From Camelus ferus (Eukaryota), in NCBI RefSeq assembly GCF_009834535.1, contig NC_045697.1, forward strand, positions 87,298,001-87,362,000: a DNA stretch of 64,000 nt, given 5' to 3'. Below, piece by piece: positions 36,831 through 50,146 of the stretch. The notes below the pieces were generated by a model. The model did not search any database. It saw nothing but the letters and a program-made list of their open reading frames with translations, and had not been told where the DNA came from. Numbering within the stretch: position 1 is the stretch's first letter; each line of letters opens with the position of its first letter. The translations under genes and the position numbers were made by a program.

Positions 36831-39800
36831 GTCTCAGGGTTTCAGACCAGGAAGGACGAGTGTAGCACTGGACTGAGCTGAATGTATGCTCTGTGTTCAC
36901 TTGGCATAGATTCTGGATTACATGTGTTCGTTTGTTTAGCTGCAACTGGCTGTAATAGGCTACTTCTTTCTTCATTTTTACTTGTTTGTTCATTTATTAT
37001 CTGTATCGCCCCCACTGCTTCATGTGTATAGGAGTTTTTCTCTGTCTTGTTCACTGCTGTATTCTCTCCCATTTCCATTGTAAGGGAAGGAGAGTTTTTT
37101 GGCTTCTGTGCCAATTTTTTAAAAACCTTTTTAATTTGCATATTTCCACAAAAACAAAATGAAACAAAAACATGGCCTTCTGTGTTTTGCACCCTCCGTG
37201 TAACTTCTCAGTAGGAATTCTTCAGGAAACTTGATGAGAGTGATTGAATGAAAGCAGAAGTGCCCCTCGGCTGAGTTGCAGGACAGTAGTTAGCCATTTC
37301 CACTGCCCCTAGCAATCTCTCTGAGGTTCTGTCAAGAGAGAAATCTGGTCCTTCGTCTCCTGTAACAAGTCACCACTTTATTTCTCCATATTCTGGTGTA
37401 AAATATCTAGTGAAAACTAGGAGTTGGTGGAATCATTCAGGCAGAAACAGCAATACAAACACATGTTTTTAAACATTTTGTTCACAAAGGCCCACAGTTT
37501 TGGAAAATGTTGAGATTTTTGGTAAATTTTCTCACAAAAAGTTGATGTGCCTGAAAAAACATTACAGTGGAGTTTTAGCAGAGAGCCAGGCTGTACCAAC
37601 CCAAAGAACAGTGAGGAATTTTCCGGTGGCTTCTGGGCTAATTTGCACTTTTCACCTCTTAGGGCAGGTTAGAGTTCATGGTTAGAGGGCCCACAAGCCC
37701 CGGAATCACAGGAATCACAGCTCAGAATCACAGGAATTTGTCCAGAGCTCTGGGCGGAAGTTGTCTGTCACTGCCGCCCCGGGTCGGGCTTCTCCGGTCT
37801 CAGTGAAGGGAAGGTCCACACGCCTGCCCTGGGGAGTCAAGGAGGTGGGGACCGCCAAGCTCTCTGCACAACACAGTCCGCGGCTTGCTTTCGTGTGTCC
37901 CTGGGTTGCCGGTTCTTCCCTTCACCCTGGTCTCACCTGGCCAGTCCCGGTGGCTCAAGGTGCATTGCACTAGGAAGCACACTGGGGGAGAAGGCAAAAG
38001 AATTTGGGCAAAATCACAAAATGTGGATACTAAGGGACCAAGTGCAATGGAATCGTCACCTGTCTTGTAGGGGTGTTGGGAGAACTGACTCATGCTTGTA
38101 AAGGCCTTTGAGTTCCTTGGAGGGACGGTGCCACCGGAGCACTAAGCATCATTGTGAAGGGATTATGTGCACAAATACAATACCAGGAGCCAGGATATCA
38201 CTAAAAATAAAGCAGCACTTTCTGTGAGGAAGGTAAGGAAGGAAATGCCTCACTGAAAAAAGCTTAACTGTCTTTTAATACAAATGCTTAGGCTACCGGG
38301 TAATGGAACAGCAAATCTGAGATTCTATTCTAGGTAAAGGATTATGTTTTCTCCGCATTGTCAAGGTGCTGTGGAACAAAACAACATGACTGCTTGACCT
38401 GAAAGAAGGTTAGAGTCTTTGAAAAAGAGATTAAGAGGATGTTTGGCTATTGCACGGTGTGCTCCATCCATCCATGAGGGAAAAGGCAACAGAAAAGTAA
38501 GTGTTTGTTTGCTTTGGGGGGAAAGGTGTTTAAAAAATTGGAAGAAAGGAGACTTTCAAATTCAAATAACTTTTGTGGTGGTTCCCAGTAAATCTAGTGA
38601 TGAAAATTAAAGCTCGTTAGAAACCGAAATACATTTTTCATTTGCTTTTCTCTCAAACAAGTGCTTTAAACCCTGTGTTTGAAATAACAGAAGTAGTATA
38701 GTCTTGCTTGTGTGTTTACAGAAAATTATCACATTAACTGCGTAGAAAAACAAACACAAAACAAACAAAACCTCTCTACTTTGTCCGCGTGATAATTAAA
38801 ACATGCTGTATCTATAGACTGGGTCATATAGTGTTTTCGAAGCCCTTGTTAGGCATTGGATTAATACAGCTCACAGCAGAAATGGGGCTGGAAACTGTCT
38901 CCCCCCAACCCTTCTTTCCGACCCTTTCTGTCTCCTCCACCTGCTTATTTTATAACAAGGCCTTGGAGTCTGAAGCAGATTAGCAAACAAATCCTTTAAT
39001 GTCATTCGAATAATTTCCCCAACGTAAATGGATTCATCTGCCAACCCAGAAGCAAATTCTACATTTCAAATACCTCGGCTGCATAATAAGCCATTTCTGC
39101 CCACCTCCTAGTTTATGGTACAAAGGTCATTTTATTTTAATGTGCTTCCTTCCCCATTCTTCCCTCCCATTCCATCTCTGGCCCTCTCTATTTCCACCTT
39201 TGAAAATGTCCTATGCGTGGCTTTTAGAGAAGCATCAAAGAGCACGAATAATAACCTGTGGTTCCCAGAAAAGCCAGAAAAGTGAAAGAACGTGGAACAC
39301 AAGGGAATGGCCTTCCACCAGCCCCAGAAGACCCTCCTCCAGAAACTCCTGGTGCGGCTCCATCTGGCTGTGTCTGTGCAGCGCTGGGCGTGAGGCCTGA
39401 ACATCATGGCCGAACACAGGCCCTGAACGGCCACCAATCCTGGTTTCCCCCAGATTTTACCATAATCAGGAGGAAAATCTGGGCTGGCTCCCTAAACCCT
39501 ACTTAGACATTTTAAGAACCAGAAATGGGGTGAGTTTTGTAGGAATAGAGAAGGCAGGCAGTTTGGTCTTTGATCCCAGAATTGTTATATTCAAGTGCCA
39601 TTGAATTCAGTGACTTGCTCAAGGTCACGAGGTCAGAGGTAAGGGCAGGGGGTGGTGTGCAGTCACCTGCTCTTCCGCCCGCCTGGGCCATCCTGCTCCT
39701 CCCAAACCACGCTGCTTCCCCGACCAAAGGGTCGCTATGCAGCTCTCACTCAGGAACCTGAGGGAAGGAGGCTATCTGGGGGTTATTTATTCAAAACCAT

Positions 39801-40714
39801 CGGGTCAATTCTGAGTCATATTAACACTTCCCTTTACTCACCCTTTGAAACCTGAGCCACATGAGTCACCGAACTGTACCATGCTCTGGGCTGGTGACCG
39901 GAGGGAAAGGCTTCATTTGAAGAAGCAGGTCCTCATGGCTGTCGGGGATACATTCCTGAGAGTCACAGCGAACAAGGACGTGACGAATGGTGAGGCCGGA
40001 AGATCCCTGCAGCTGTGAGCCCCCAGGTCCTCCTGGCACGTGAGCCACAGCGAGTCCTCTTTCCTGAAATGCAGGGTCTCCGTCAGGCCTTGAGGCTAAA
40101 GTGGGAGGAACAATGGGGTAAAAGGAAGAAGGAGGACGTAAGCGTGTTTCTAAAGAACAGTCATGACATCAGGACCTTTGACTGCAAAACAGCACAGGAC
40201 GCCTCACAGATGAAGTACAGTGACATGTGGCACAATGGCTGGGCCTTAGCAACGTGACAGCAAGTGAGAAAGTCTCTCTCCAAAACTGATATACCACACG
40301 ACATCCTTTACGTAGGTTAAAGCAGCTAAAAAAATGTTTTAAACCAAGAGCAGTTTAGGAATACAATAAACCTACACAGAGAGAAAAGCAAGGAGACGAG
40401 GTCAGGATTCAGGATGACACTGAGGACAGGGGTGAGGCTGCGGGAATGTATGATTACATGTGAGTGATTTTCTGGTCCTACTGTGGTTTGGGGAGATGGG
40501 TTCCTGGATGCTAATTATATTTACATAAATTATTTACTTACCTGGGATTTAGCAGGTACATTTTTATACTTAATTAAGGTACGTAAATAATTCATGTACT
40601 TAAATTATATACCTAAGTAAGTAAATAACTAAATGTAAGTGGAACATTCACAGCCCAGTGACAACCATGTACTGTGAGCAGAGGATCCTGAACTTGTAGA
40701 CGGCCGTCCTCTCC

Positions 40715-40939
40715 CCACGTCTCCTCACGTCATCTTCCCTTCACGCTGTCACTGTGTCCCACGTTCCCCTTTTCATAAGACACTAGTCATACTGGGTTTA
40801 AGAACTACTCTAATGCCTTCATTTGAACCTGATTCCTTCTCTCAAGACCTTGTCTTCAAGTGAGGTCACATTCTGAGGTACTAAAGGGTTAGGATTTCAA
40901 CATACCTTTCTAGGGGAGGACACAGTTCAACCCACAACA
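40715..40939 (-). mobile_element. MaLR LTR fragment (MLT1B/C-like)
   Basis: aggtcacattctgaggtact...gggttaggatttcaacata...ggacacagttcaacccacaaca is the reverse of an MLT1 5' end. Confidence 0.8.
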
Positions 40940-41182
40940 ACAATGTACAATAGCTGACTGTTAAGATCCATGGCATTGGGAAGGGAAGAAAACAGTTGTT
41001 TTAACTGTGTGCTTACAATGCAGTTTTCAAAATTTTTTCTTCATTTTAGCACTGCTGGCTTAAACATTGTGAATGGAAGAAAGCATAGAAGGATTGTTGA
41101 AACATTCCAAAAGAGCTACCCAGGGAGACAGTGAGACAGAGAAAGACAGACAGAGACAGGGAGGAATCTCATTCCCTGAGTC

Positions 41183-41780
41183 TTTTTGTTTATTTATTTT
41201 TAAATTGACGTATAGCTAATTTACAATATTATATTAGTTTTAGGTGTAGAACATAGTTATTCAAAATTTTTATAGATTATACTCCATTTAAATTTATTAT
41301 AAAATATTGGCTGTGTGCCCTGTGCTGTACAATATATCTTTGTAGCTTATTTATTTTATCTGTAGGAGTTTGTTTTCTTAATCCCCTACCCCTATCTCTT
41401 CCTTCCCCTCTTCCCTCTCCCTACCAGTAACCACTAGTTTGTTCTCTATACCTGTGAGTCTATTTCTGTTTTGTTATATATGTTCATTTGTTTTACTTTT
41501 TAGATTCTACATATAAGTAATAACATGGAGTCTTTCTCTGTCTGATTTATTCCACTAAACATAATATTCTTTAGGTCTACCCACGTTGCTGAGAAATGGT
41601 ATTATTTCATTCTTTTTATGGCTGAGTAATATTCCATTGTGTATATATACCACATTTTCTCTATCCATTCTTCTGTTGCCGTGCCTTGGGTTGTTTCCAT
41701 GTCTTGGCTGTTGTAAATAATGCTGCTATGAACACTGGAGTGCGTGTATCTTTTTGAATTAGTGTTCTCATTTTCTCTGA
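41183..41780 (-). mobile_element. L1 3' end (artiodactyl-type)
   Basis: Reverse ORF contains EWIEKMWYIYTMEYYSAIK (ORF2 C-terminus), followed by L1 3' UTR sequence. Confidence 0.9.
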
Positions 41781-42109
41781 GTCTTTTTAGTTGGTTACAA
41801 ATATTGATCACAAAACTTTAAGCCAACTTTGATTCATTCTCCTCCTTAAAGCAACTGCTCAATCCTAGGTATCCTCTTTGTCATGCAACATCTATCAACA
41901 TTTAAAATGCATCAGCTGCTCTTTTTCTGGAATCATTGTAACATGAGTTTTTAAAAGATGTACAAGACTGTTTATGGTAACATTGTTTGCACTACAAAAA
42001 AAAATACTAGAAACATCTTAAGGGTGTATAAGTAAAGGAATGGTTGAATAAATTACAGTATATCCATGCTGTGCAAACATTTAAAAAGAACAAGAGGAAG
42101 TTTTATAAT

Positions 42110-42300
42110 AATAGCCGGGCAATGGTGAGCATTCACTATATGCAAGCCCCATGTTAAGTGCACTTTTACAGACTGTCTGATTTATTTGTGGAAACTCAGT
42201 CACTGGCCCACGTACAGCTGAAGAAAGTGGGACCTAAGAGACTTGAGAGGTGAAGGCGTTTGCCCAAGATGACACAGCTTGGACAGCTAGGATGCAAGCA
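42110..42300 (-). mobile_element. MIR SINE
   Basis: gagcattcactatatgcaagcc...gaggtgaaggcgtttgcccaagatgacacagct. Confidence 0.6.
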
Positions 42301-44043
42301 AAGAGAGTGTATACACCAGAAAAAATAGTGATTCAAATAGCAATTATCACTCTAAAGCGGTGGGCTTAGCTCTTCCACAAGAAGTCTCGTCTTTGTCCTG
42401 CCCCTCACCGTTTCATGTTTCTGCCACCACAGAGTCCTCCCGTAGTTTTCACCCTCACCCCTCGGGCCCCCTTCCCTTCTCTGCTGAGCTAAAGCCTCCA
42501 GCATTCAGCCAAAGACCTCTGCTCTGCAAAACGGTCCCTCCTTGGCGCAGCCAGCCTTCGGTGTCCTCTCTTTTCCACGCCCTCCTGTGGCATCTGGATT
42601 GTTCATTTTGGCACCGTGTTCTTGCAGCGTTATTTTACCGTTTAATGTGTGCTTTATTCCTTCTTGGATAGTAGCTCCTGAAGGCAAGCAGCACCTCTTT
42701 TTCTTTTTTAAATTTTGTACCATTTAGCACTGTGTTGTATATCTACCTGGTGTCCAAGAAATATGTATTTAATAATGCCAATGAATTAAGGTTGCTATGC
42801 TTAAAATAGCAGCCTTATGGATACTCTCCATAGACAAAATCATAGACAGCTTACTTAAAGTAAAATATAAAGCATAAATGTTGCCCTGGGGTAAATCTTG
42901 ACCTATCATTACACCAGTCCCTCTGTGGCTGGAGGCCCCACACCGGCTGCCGGATTCCCTGTGCCACCATCTGCCTGGCTGGACTTCTACAGGAGCTTCT
43001 ACCGAGACATCTCCTTGGATTCTGGACTAGGTTTGAACCTTTAGTTAATGACATTTATTTCCCATGAGCCCTTTCCTTATATGGATTTACCTCCCGGCTT
43101 TATATCTAATTTGAGATTCACGGCAGAGGACTATTAGAATCTCAAGTAATGTGTTTCTGTCCTTACTCCATACCTGGGATTTGAGCGGCAGCTTCCTCTG
43201 TGAGTGCGCCCAGGAAAGCATCCTAACTGTCCACTGCCTGACCTTGCTAGCCCCCAATCCTCTCTGAAAAATTGCAGTGGGAAACCAGACCAGCGCTTCA
43301 GTTGTTCTGCAGAGGAAATGGAACCACCATGTTTTTGAGGATTGAAAAAGAGATTGCTAGAAAGACTTGAAAGAAGGTGGGTGAAAGAAATCTGCCCAGT
43401 GCCGAATGAGGCTGTGATCAGACGGCAGGGCTTGGTAAGAGAGTTTATTTTGCTGTGTGAGGAGGTCTTGACCTTCACTCGAAGATGAGTAGCTATTCCC
43501 CAAGTTAAAGTGTCAACTGACTTGTTTACTCAGTGTCACATCTAGTCATTCAACAACAATGCCACTGTATCTAGGCTCATGATGATACTAGGTCTTTTCT
43601 TGATGAAGGATTATCTGGAGAAGAGAGCCAGACTTAGGTCAGAGGACATGGTGGTGGGACAGCAATGCTGAGAAGGGAGCTGAAGCCAGGCCCTGGCTTC
43701 AAACCAGCAGCACCAGGATGGTGGTGCCCTCTGCCTGGGCAACCCTCATCTTGGTGACCTTGACTGTTGGCCTCCTAGGTTTGCCCGCATCATCCTCAAA
43801 AGGTGATAGCATATGAAGAGAACACGCTCTAGTGTTCTGGGAGAAAGGACTAAAATCTCCAGGTGGCACCAAATGCCCTCCTGGCCTCCTACTCCACAAA
43901 CATTCAGGATCAAGGTCATTCTGCTGAGAAAGAGGCAGGCAGAGCTGTGGTAAAGAGCTTAGACTTCACATTCAGACAGTTCTGGATTTGAATCCCAGCT
44001 CTAGTGTCCACTCCCTGTGTGGTCTGTGGCCACACAACCTCTC

Positions 44044-44900
44044 CAATACAAATGTCTTATTCTGTCCTGCTAAGAATATTCTGTTTCTACCCCCAGAATA
44101 TTTCTGACACCGAATGTGTGGGCTTTCCATACCAAGCAATTTTCTTTGGATACCAATGGTGTCCTACACTTCAATTAAATTATAACACTAACTACCCGGA
44201 ATTAGCTCAAATCCTAGAGGTTAAAAAGCTCGTCCAATCAGACTGAGCTCCCCATCCCACCCCCTAGTGCAGATGCCTATTGCAAGTCTGGGTCACTTGT
44301 ATTTCTGACTGATCAGCTACAAATCAGAGGTTTCCACAACCCCCTCCTCAGGTTCAGTAATTTGCTAGGACAGCCCACAGAGCTCAGAAAGGCACTTTAC
44401 TTACTATTACCTCTTTATCATAAAGAATAGAACCCAGAAGCAGGAAGACCGGCACAGGGTTGGCAAGTGGAGCTTCCATGCTCTCTCTAGACACAGCACC
44501 CTCCCAGCACCTTGATGTGTTCACTGACCCTGAGGTTCTCCAAACCTGGCAGGTTTCGTGGAGGTTCCATTATGCACACGGATAGATGGAACCACTGACC
44601 ATGGGTGATGACCTCTGCCTCCAGCTCTCTCCACTCCCCAGAGGTGGGGGGTGGGGCTGAAGGGTCTAACCCTTTAATCACATGGTTGAGTCCTCTGGCA
44701 ACCGGTGCCCATCCCCAAGCTATCTAGGGGCCCACATGGAGTCAGCTCTTTAGCATAAACTCAGGTACGATGGGAAGGGGCTTATTGCAAAGAATACAAG
44801 ACGCTCTGCTCACCCTTAGCCCTCAGGGAAGTACAAGAGTTTTAGGAGTTCTGTGCAAGGAAGACCAAAAGTATATTTCTTATTGTATCACAGTGTCACA
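44044..44900 (-). mobile_element. ERVL LTR (MER21-like) inserted into a MIR
   Basis: ttctgacacc...gctacaaatcagaggtttccacaacccctcctcaggttcagtaatttgctag...cacagtgtcaca. MIR halves flank it at about 43935-44040 and 44901-45020. Confidence 0.75.
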
Positions 44901-45865
44901 CTCTGAAACACTAAACTCATAACATAACTAAACTCATAACATCTACCTTCTAAGGCTGTGAAGGATAAAGTGAAATAACCTGTGTCAAGTGTGAGCCAGG
45001 CCTCGTCTTTGATGAGAGCTCAGTGGCCTTCCCTTCCCACCCGCCTCCCAGCCCTGCTTCTAAGCACAGAGCACGGCCTCCCTGCGTGTACATCCTTCTG
45101 CCCTTTAAGCACATCCTGTGGAAATTTGAACAGTTCAGAGAAGTTTTTCTGAACAGCCATCACCTGTCCTTTTTCACAGAGATATTTATGAGTGTTTGAT
45201 CTGACACTGGGTGTTTTTTTGTTTTGTTTTGTGTTTTCTGTTTTGTTTTTTTTTCTTTTCCCAGAATTTCCTCTTCTTGTGAATCATATTCCTGGCCAAT
45301 AGGGGCATACCTATCATTTTTCTGAACTCTCAAGAGCCTGTTTTGCAAAGTCCAGGACTCACGTCAGCTCAGCCTTATGGTCCCTTTCCTCTGTTTGACC
45401 AGGAATGATGCAGTCATTTTTTCCTAAAGGTTCCTGGAAGTCACACAATAGCCATCAAGTTCTTTTTCGTCAGAATTGAGTCAAGAATAGAAGTTCCCTT
45501 GTTGTTTCCTCTGTCTTCTTGGTGATGAGAGGATCATGAAGTCTGGCAAGGACTTATTGCATGGCTTCCTTTATTCCCAGCACTATTTTTTTTAAATTGA
45601 GGTACAGTTGATATACAATAGCTCATGGTTTGCTTTTAGCAGAGTAAGACTTCTAGTAAAATCTGAACCTCTGAAGTTGGTCTCCATCATCACCTGTGTG
45701 CCTGTTTATAATATGGTATTAATAAAGCATTTTTCCACTTCACTTTCAGAATAATTGTTGTGCATTTTCAATGTGTGTACCAGGCACTTGCTAAGTGCTT
45801 TAAGTACATCATAATTTTTAAGCTTAAAAACAACCCCACAACTATATGTATACATACATATATAT

Positions 45866-46330
45866 ATGATGGAATATTATTCAGTTTTTAAAAAGAAAGA
45901 AATCCTGCATGTGTGATAACATGGGGGGACTTTGAGGACATCATGCCAAGTGAAATAAGTCAGACAGAGAAAGACAAACACTGCATGGTATCACTTATAC
46001 GTGGAATCTTTTTTTTTTAAGTCAAATATAGAAACAGAGTAGAAAAGTGGTGGCTCAGGGCTGGGAAGTGGGGGAAATAAGAAGAGGTTGATAAAAGGGT
46101 ACAAACTTTAATTTTGTGACTCTATTTGGTAACACTGTATCGTATAATTGAAATTTGCTAAGAGTAGAACTTAAATGTTCTCAACAAACAAACAAACAAA
46201 AACATGTGAGGTGATGGATATAATTTGATGGGGGAATCTTTTCACAGTGTACACAGACATATATCAAATCATCACATTACATACTTTAAATACCTTGCAA
46301 TTTTATTTGTCAGTTATACCTCAAAGCTGT
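45866..46330 (+). mobile_element. L1MA-type 3' end inserted into a MIR
   Basis: atggaatattattcag...aagtgaaataagtcagacagagaaagacaaa...ttatacctcaaagct. Degenerate TSD aaaacaacccca / aaaaccacccc; the MIR resumes at 46360. Confidence 0.85.
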
Positions 46331-46659
46331 GGGGGGGGGGGAGCCAAAACCACCCCCATAAGCTAGGTGCTATTATTAGTTCCCATTTTACAGATATGGA
46401 AACTGAAGCACAGAGAGATTATGTATTAACCTGCCTAAAGCCACATGGCTTGCAAGAACAGCGGGGATTCTGACGGGTCTTCCAGTCACTGCCCTGTCGA
46501 TTCTCCTGCTTGGGGTCTAACTCCAGCTCTCTAACTCACCAGCTTCCCACCTCGGGAAAGTTGCTTAATGTCTGTGTCTCCTTCCTCATTTGCACAAACG
46601 GGAATAACAATATCAACATCATAGAGATTGTTATGAAGGTGGAGTGAGTTACCACGTGG

Positions 46660-47650
46660 GGCAGCAGGTAGCGAGGTGCGCGTCCGTCTGCACCGCCGTC
46701 GGGAGTCAGCGCGTCTCCCCCACCCCCGCCGCCGCCGCGTCTCCTCTGCGCTCAAGTTGCTTCCTTTCTTCTCACGTTCGTATTTCTAAAGTCGGACTCC
46801 GTCATATAATCAACAGACACACCTTAGCTTTCTCCCTATTACTTGCTGGTGTATCTTTGTATAGATGGCATCTATGAGTCAAGGAAGCATATCATTTCCA
46901 TGTGTGTTTGATTTGTCTGGCTAGTTAGTTAAGGGCAGGAGGCAGATTTTGAATGTCTCTGAATTCTCTCAACGCCCAGTACCGAGTCTCACTCACTCAA
47001 GACTCAGTGAAGAGTTGTAGGGCACGCTAGCATTTGTCAAAAGCGAATTCAGCAGCTCTGTATCATGCTGAGTAAAAGATGCTTTCGCCCTCCGCCCCCA
47101 ACGCAGGACACGGAGTTGGGGTAAGGCAGGCGGGGTGTATGTTCCTCCAGGGTCTCTTTTCCTTCCAGCTGAGCGGGCCCCGCATCGCTTCCTGGAGGGA
47201 GTCGAGGAAACAGCTGCCTGCAACAGCCCTGGTCTCGGCAGAGCCCTCCCCACCCCGGCTTTCTCAGGAGATGCCATCATTAGAGGGAGGGAGGTGAGCA
47301 GGTAGAGGGCCGGGGGAAGTGGACTGGTCCGGGCCTCTCCAGCCCTGAGGGGTCCGCAGTAAGAGGAGAGAGACCTGGAACCGCTTCTCCGAGGTCCTGG
47401 GTGCGGTCCCGGCGCTGTCACACCGGCTGGGTTAGGACGTGCTGATGCAAACGTCCTCGCGGGACTTGAGGACACAGTGAATGCGTTCAGGAAGCCGGGC
47501 CCCGGCTAAGGCAGCGCAGCTGTCTGGACCAGGTACAGGCCGATCTTAGGTCGGAATTACTGGAAACAAGAGCACGGAGACGGTGCCTTCCGGCTGCATC
47601 AGCAGTTTTCTTGCCTCCCCCTTTCAAGACTTATCGCTGCTGCTGGAAAG
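46660..47650. promoter_or_regulatory. Intergenic CpG-rich region (candidate orphan CpG island)
   Basis: CpG clusters at 46670-46800 and 47080-47600. Confidence 0.45.
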
Positions 47651-48279
47651 CAAACAAATAAAGAAAGAATTAACTCGTCTGAGAGCTGGTCTGCTAAACC
47701 TTCAGCTGGAGATTGTTTTTTTTTTTAACCCTGAAATTAATTTCCGAATTTGCTGATCTATAAACAAGTGAAGTCCTGTCCTGCTTGAGGTGACATTTTT
47801 ACTTGCACTTTAATGGCTTCAAAATTAGAAAGAGGAGACTGTCAGTGTATCTTCCTTCAGGCTTACCTCTTTCTTTTTATTAAAAGGGTGACAGAAACAG
47901 CATTTGTGCGGCACACACTATTGTAGCACGTATACTGGTTTATAGATATTTTACAAAATTTCACTAATTGGATTTTGTAAAAGGTCAAAAATTGTCCAGC
48001 TTCTGTTGTATACAGAGAAACATCCCTTTGGGCGTCCAAGTGTTTCCTTTGTTTTTCTTTGAGTTTTCTTCTTTAGTTTCTGTTCTGATTGACAGGGCCC
48101 AATGCTGGAGTTGCTTATTTGTGGGAAACTTGCTTTTCTTTATGTATTTGTAGAAATTGAAACACGTGTCTGATGAGCACTCTGCTCTCTGAATGAAAGG
48201 GAAGCTATATGTTCTGCTTCTCATGTCACTCAACTCCTGTTAGGTGCAGAAGCAGCCCGGACAGTCCTCAAAAGATACT

Positions 48280-48995
48280 CTTATACCACGACCCAGTCAT
48301 TACATTCCTTGGTATTTACCTAAAGAAATTGAAAACCTATGTGTATGCAAAAACCTGCACATGGATGTGTATAGTGGCCTTGTTCATAGTTGCCCACACT
48401 TGGAGGCAACCAAGATGTCCAAGATGTAGGTGAATGGATATACTGGGGTACAACCAGACAATGGTATGTTATTCAGCACTAAGAAGAAATGATCTATCTA
48501 GCTATAAAACGACATGGGGAACCTTAAATGCTTATTACTTAGTGAAAGAAGCCAATCTGAAAAAATTACATACTGTACAATCCCAACTATGCGATATTAT
48601 GGAAAAGGCAAAATTGCAGGGGGACAGTAAAAAGATCAGTAGTGGTCAGGGTTTGGGGTGAAGGGAATGAATAAGCAGAGCACAGAGGATGTTTTGGACA
48701 GTGAATCTCTGTACAATACCATAACAATGGCTACGTGTCATTATGCATTTGTCCAGACCCACAGATGTTAGAACACTAAGAGCGAACCCTAAGGTAAATT
48801 TTGGGCTATGGGTGATTATGATGAAGGTTCGTATCAGTGAAGGTTCATCAGTTGTAATAAATGGACCACTCTGGTGAGGAATGTTGATAGTGGGGGAGGC
48901 TGTGCATGTGTGGGAACAGGAGTTATATGGGAAATCTCTGTATATTCCTTGCAATTTTGCTGTGAACTGTCCTTTAAAAAATTATCTCAATGAAA
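48280..48995 (+). mobile_element. L1MC-like 3' end
   Basis: ORF2 remnant (HDPVITFLGIYLKKLKTYVYAKTCTWMCIVALFIVAHTWRQP) followed by an L1MC 3' UTR like the one at 8003-8575. Confidence 0.88.
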
Positions 48996-49777
48996 AATAA
49001 TGCAACTCAGGAAAAAAAAGAAAAGAAAACAAGCCTCACACAAGATTGATACATAAACCAGAATGCTGATGATCGCTGTTTAGTGAGAATGGTGCTGCCA
49101 AGGGCTGCTGTATGGTCACACTGGCTGGTCAGTGCACTCTCTTCCTGCGGAAAAGCTGCACAGAAGCCAGAAGTGATAATCCTAAAGTTGCTTTGTGAGC
49201 AAGGCCATTTTATTGGATAGTGATTTTCACTAGACTTAGTAGACTTGCCAAATAGAAGAATTTTGGCAGACTCAGACACACCTCTCCCCTGGAGATGCAC
49301 TAAAACATTCCTCCTGTGAGAGACCCCTTTTTACTGCACTCTGAAAACTAGATGCATCAGGAGAATAGAAAGCTTCCAAATGGGACTCCAGGCCTGACTT
49401 CCATCCCCCGTGCTCTAGTTGGCTGGGTTGTACTTGGTTCTTCTCTCGATTCTCTTGACTTGATACCTCCAGACAGTCTTCAAACGGCCCTCTTCTGCAG
49501 CTGGCTGTCCCCATCACCACTCCCATCTTCAGAGATGATTTCCACATTCGGCCTACCTTATTTCACCGCTTGTGTCCTGACTACTCTGTGGTCCAGCTGA
49601 CTGCTCTATCTCTGACACAGCCCTGAGCAGAGGTGGGGGACCACCTCACAGACTTGCCACCCATGAACTTCTCAATACGAACAACTCCCAGCCCAACCCC
49701 CTGCCAGTCTGTTAAGCTTTTAGGGTTAATTCAAGGCAAGTCAAGTCAACAAATAGAACAAATATTTCTTTACCAAG

Positions 49778-50146
49778 TGTTGTGGGCTGAATGTTTATGT
49801 CCTCCCCAGATTAATAAGTTGAAACCCTAACTCCCAGCAGGATGGTATTTAAAGGTGGGGCCTTTGGGAAGTAATTAGGTCAGAAGGGTAGAGCCCCCAT
49901 GATGGGATTAGCATCCTAATGAGTAGAGGACAAGAGCTAGCCTTCTCTCTGCCCCACAGCGTGAGGATACAGGGACAAGGCGGCCGTCTGCAAACCGGGA
50001 AAACAGGAAGAGGACTCTCACCAAACACTGGATCTACTGACACCCTGATCTTTGACTTAGCCTCCAGAACTGTGAGAAATAAATCTCTGTTGTTTAAGGA
50101 ACCCAGGGCATGGTATTCTGTTACAGAGCCTGCGTTGACTAAGATA
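49778..50146 (+). mobile_element. MaLR solo LTR (MLT1A-like) with 5-bp TSD
   Basis: tgttgtgggctgaatgttt...ggtggggcctttgggaagtaattagg...cctccagaactgtgagaaataaat...gactaagata. Flanks ccaag / ccagg. Confidence 0.9.

Noticed and set aside
37702..37737. Three copies of gaatcacag (and a 17-bp duplication at 44911-44942)
   Set aside because: Very short slippage duplications with no further support.
43855..43870. CTCF-like TCTCCAGGTGGCACC
   Set aside because: Lacks the 5' CC of the core and has no supporting CpG context.
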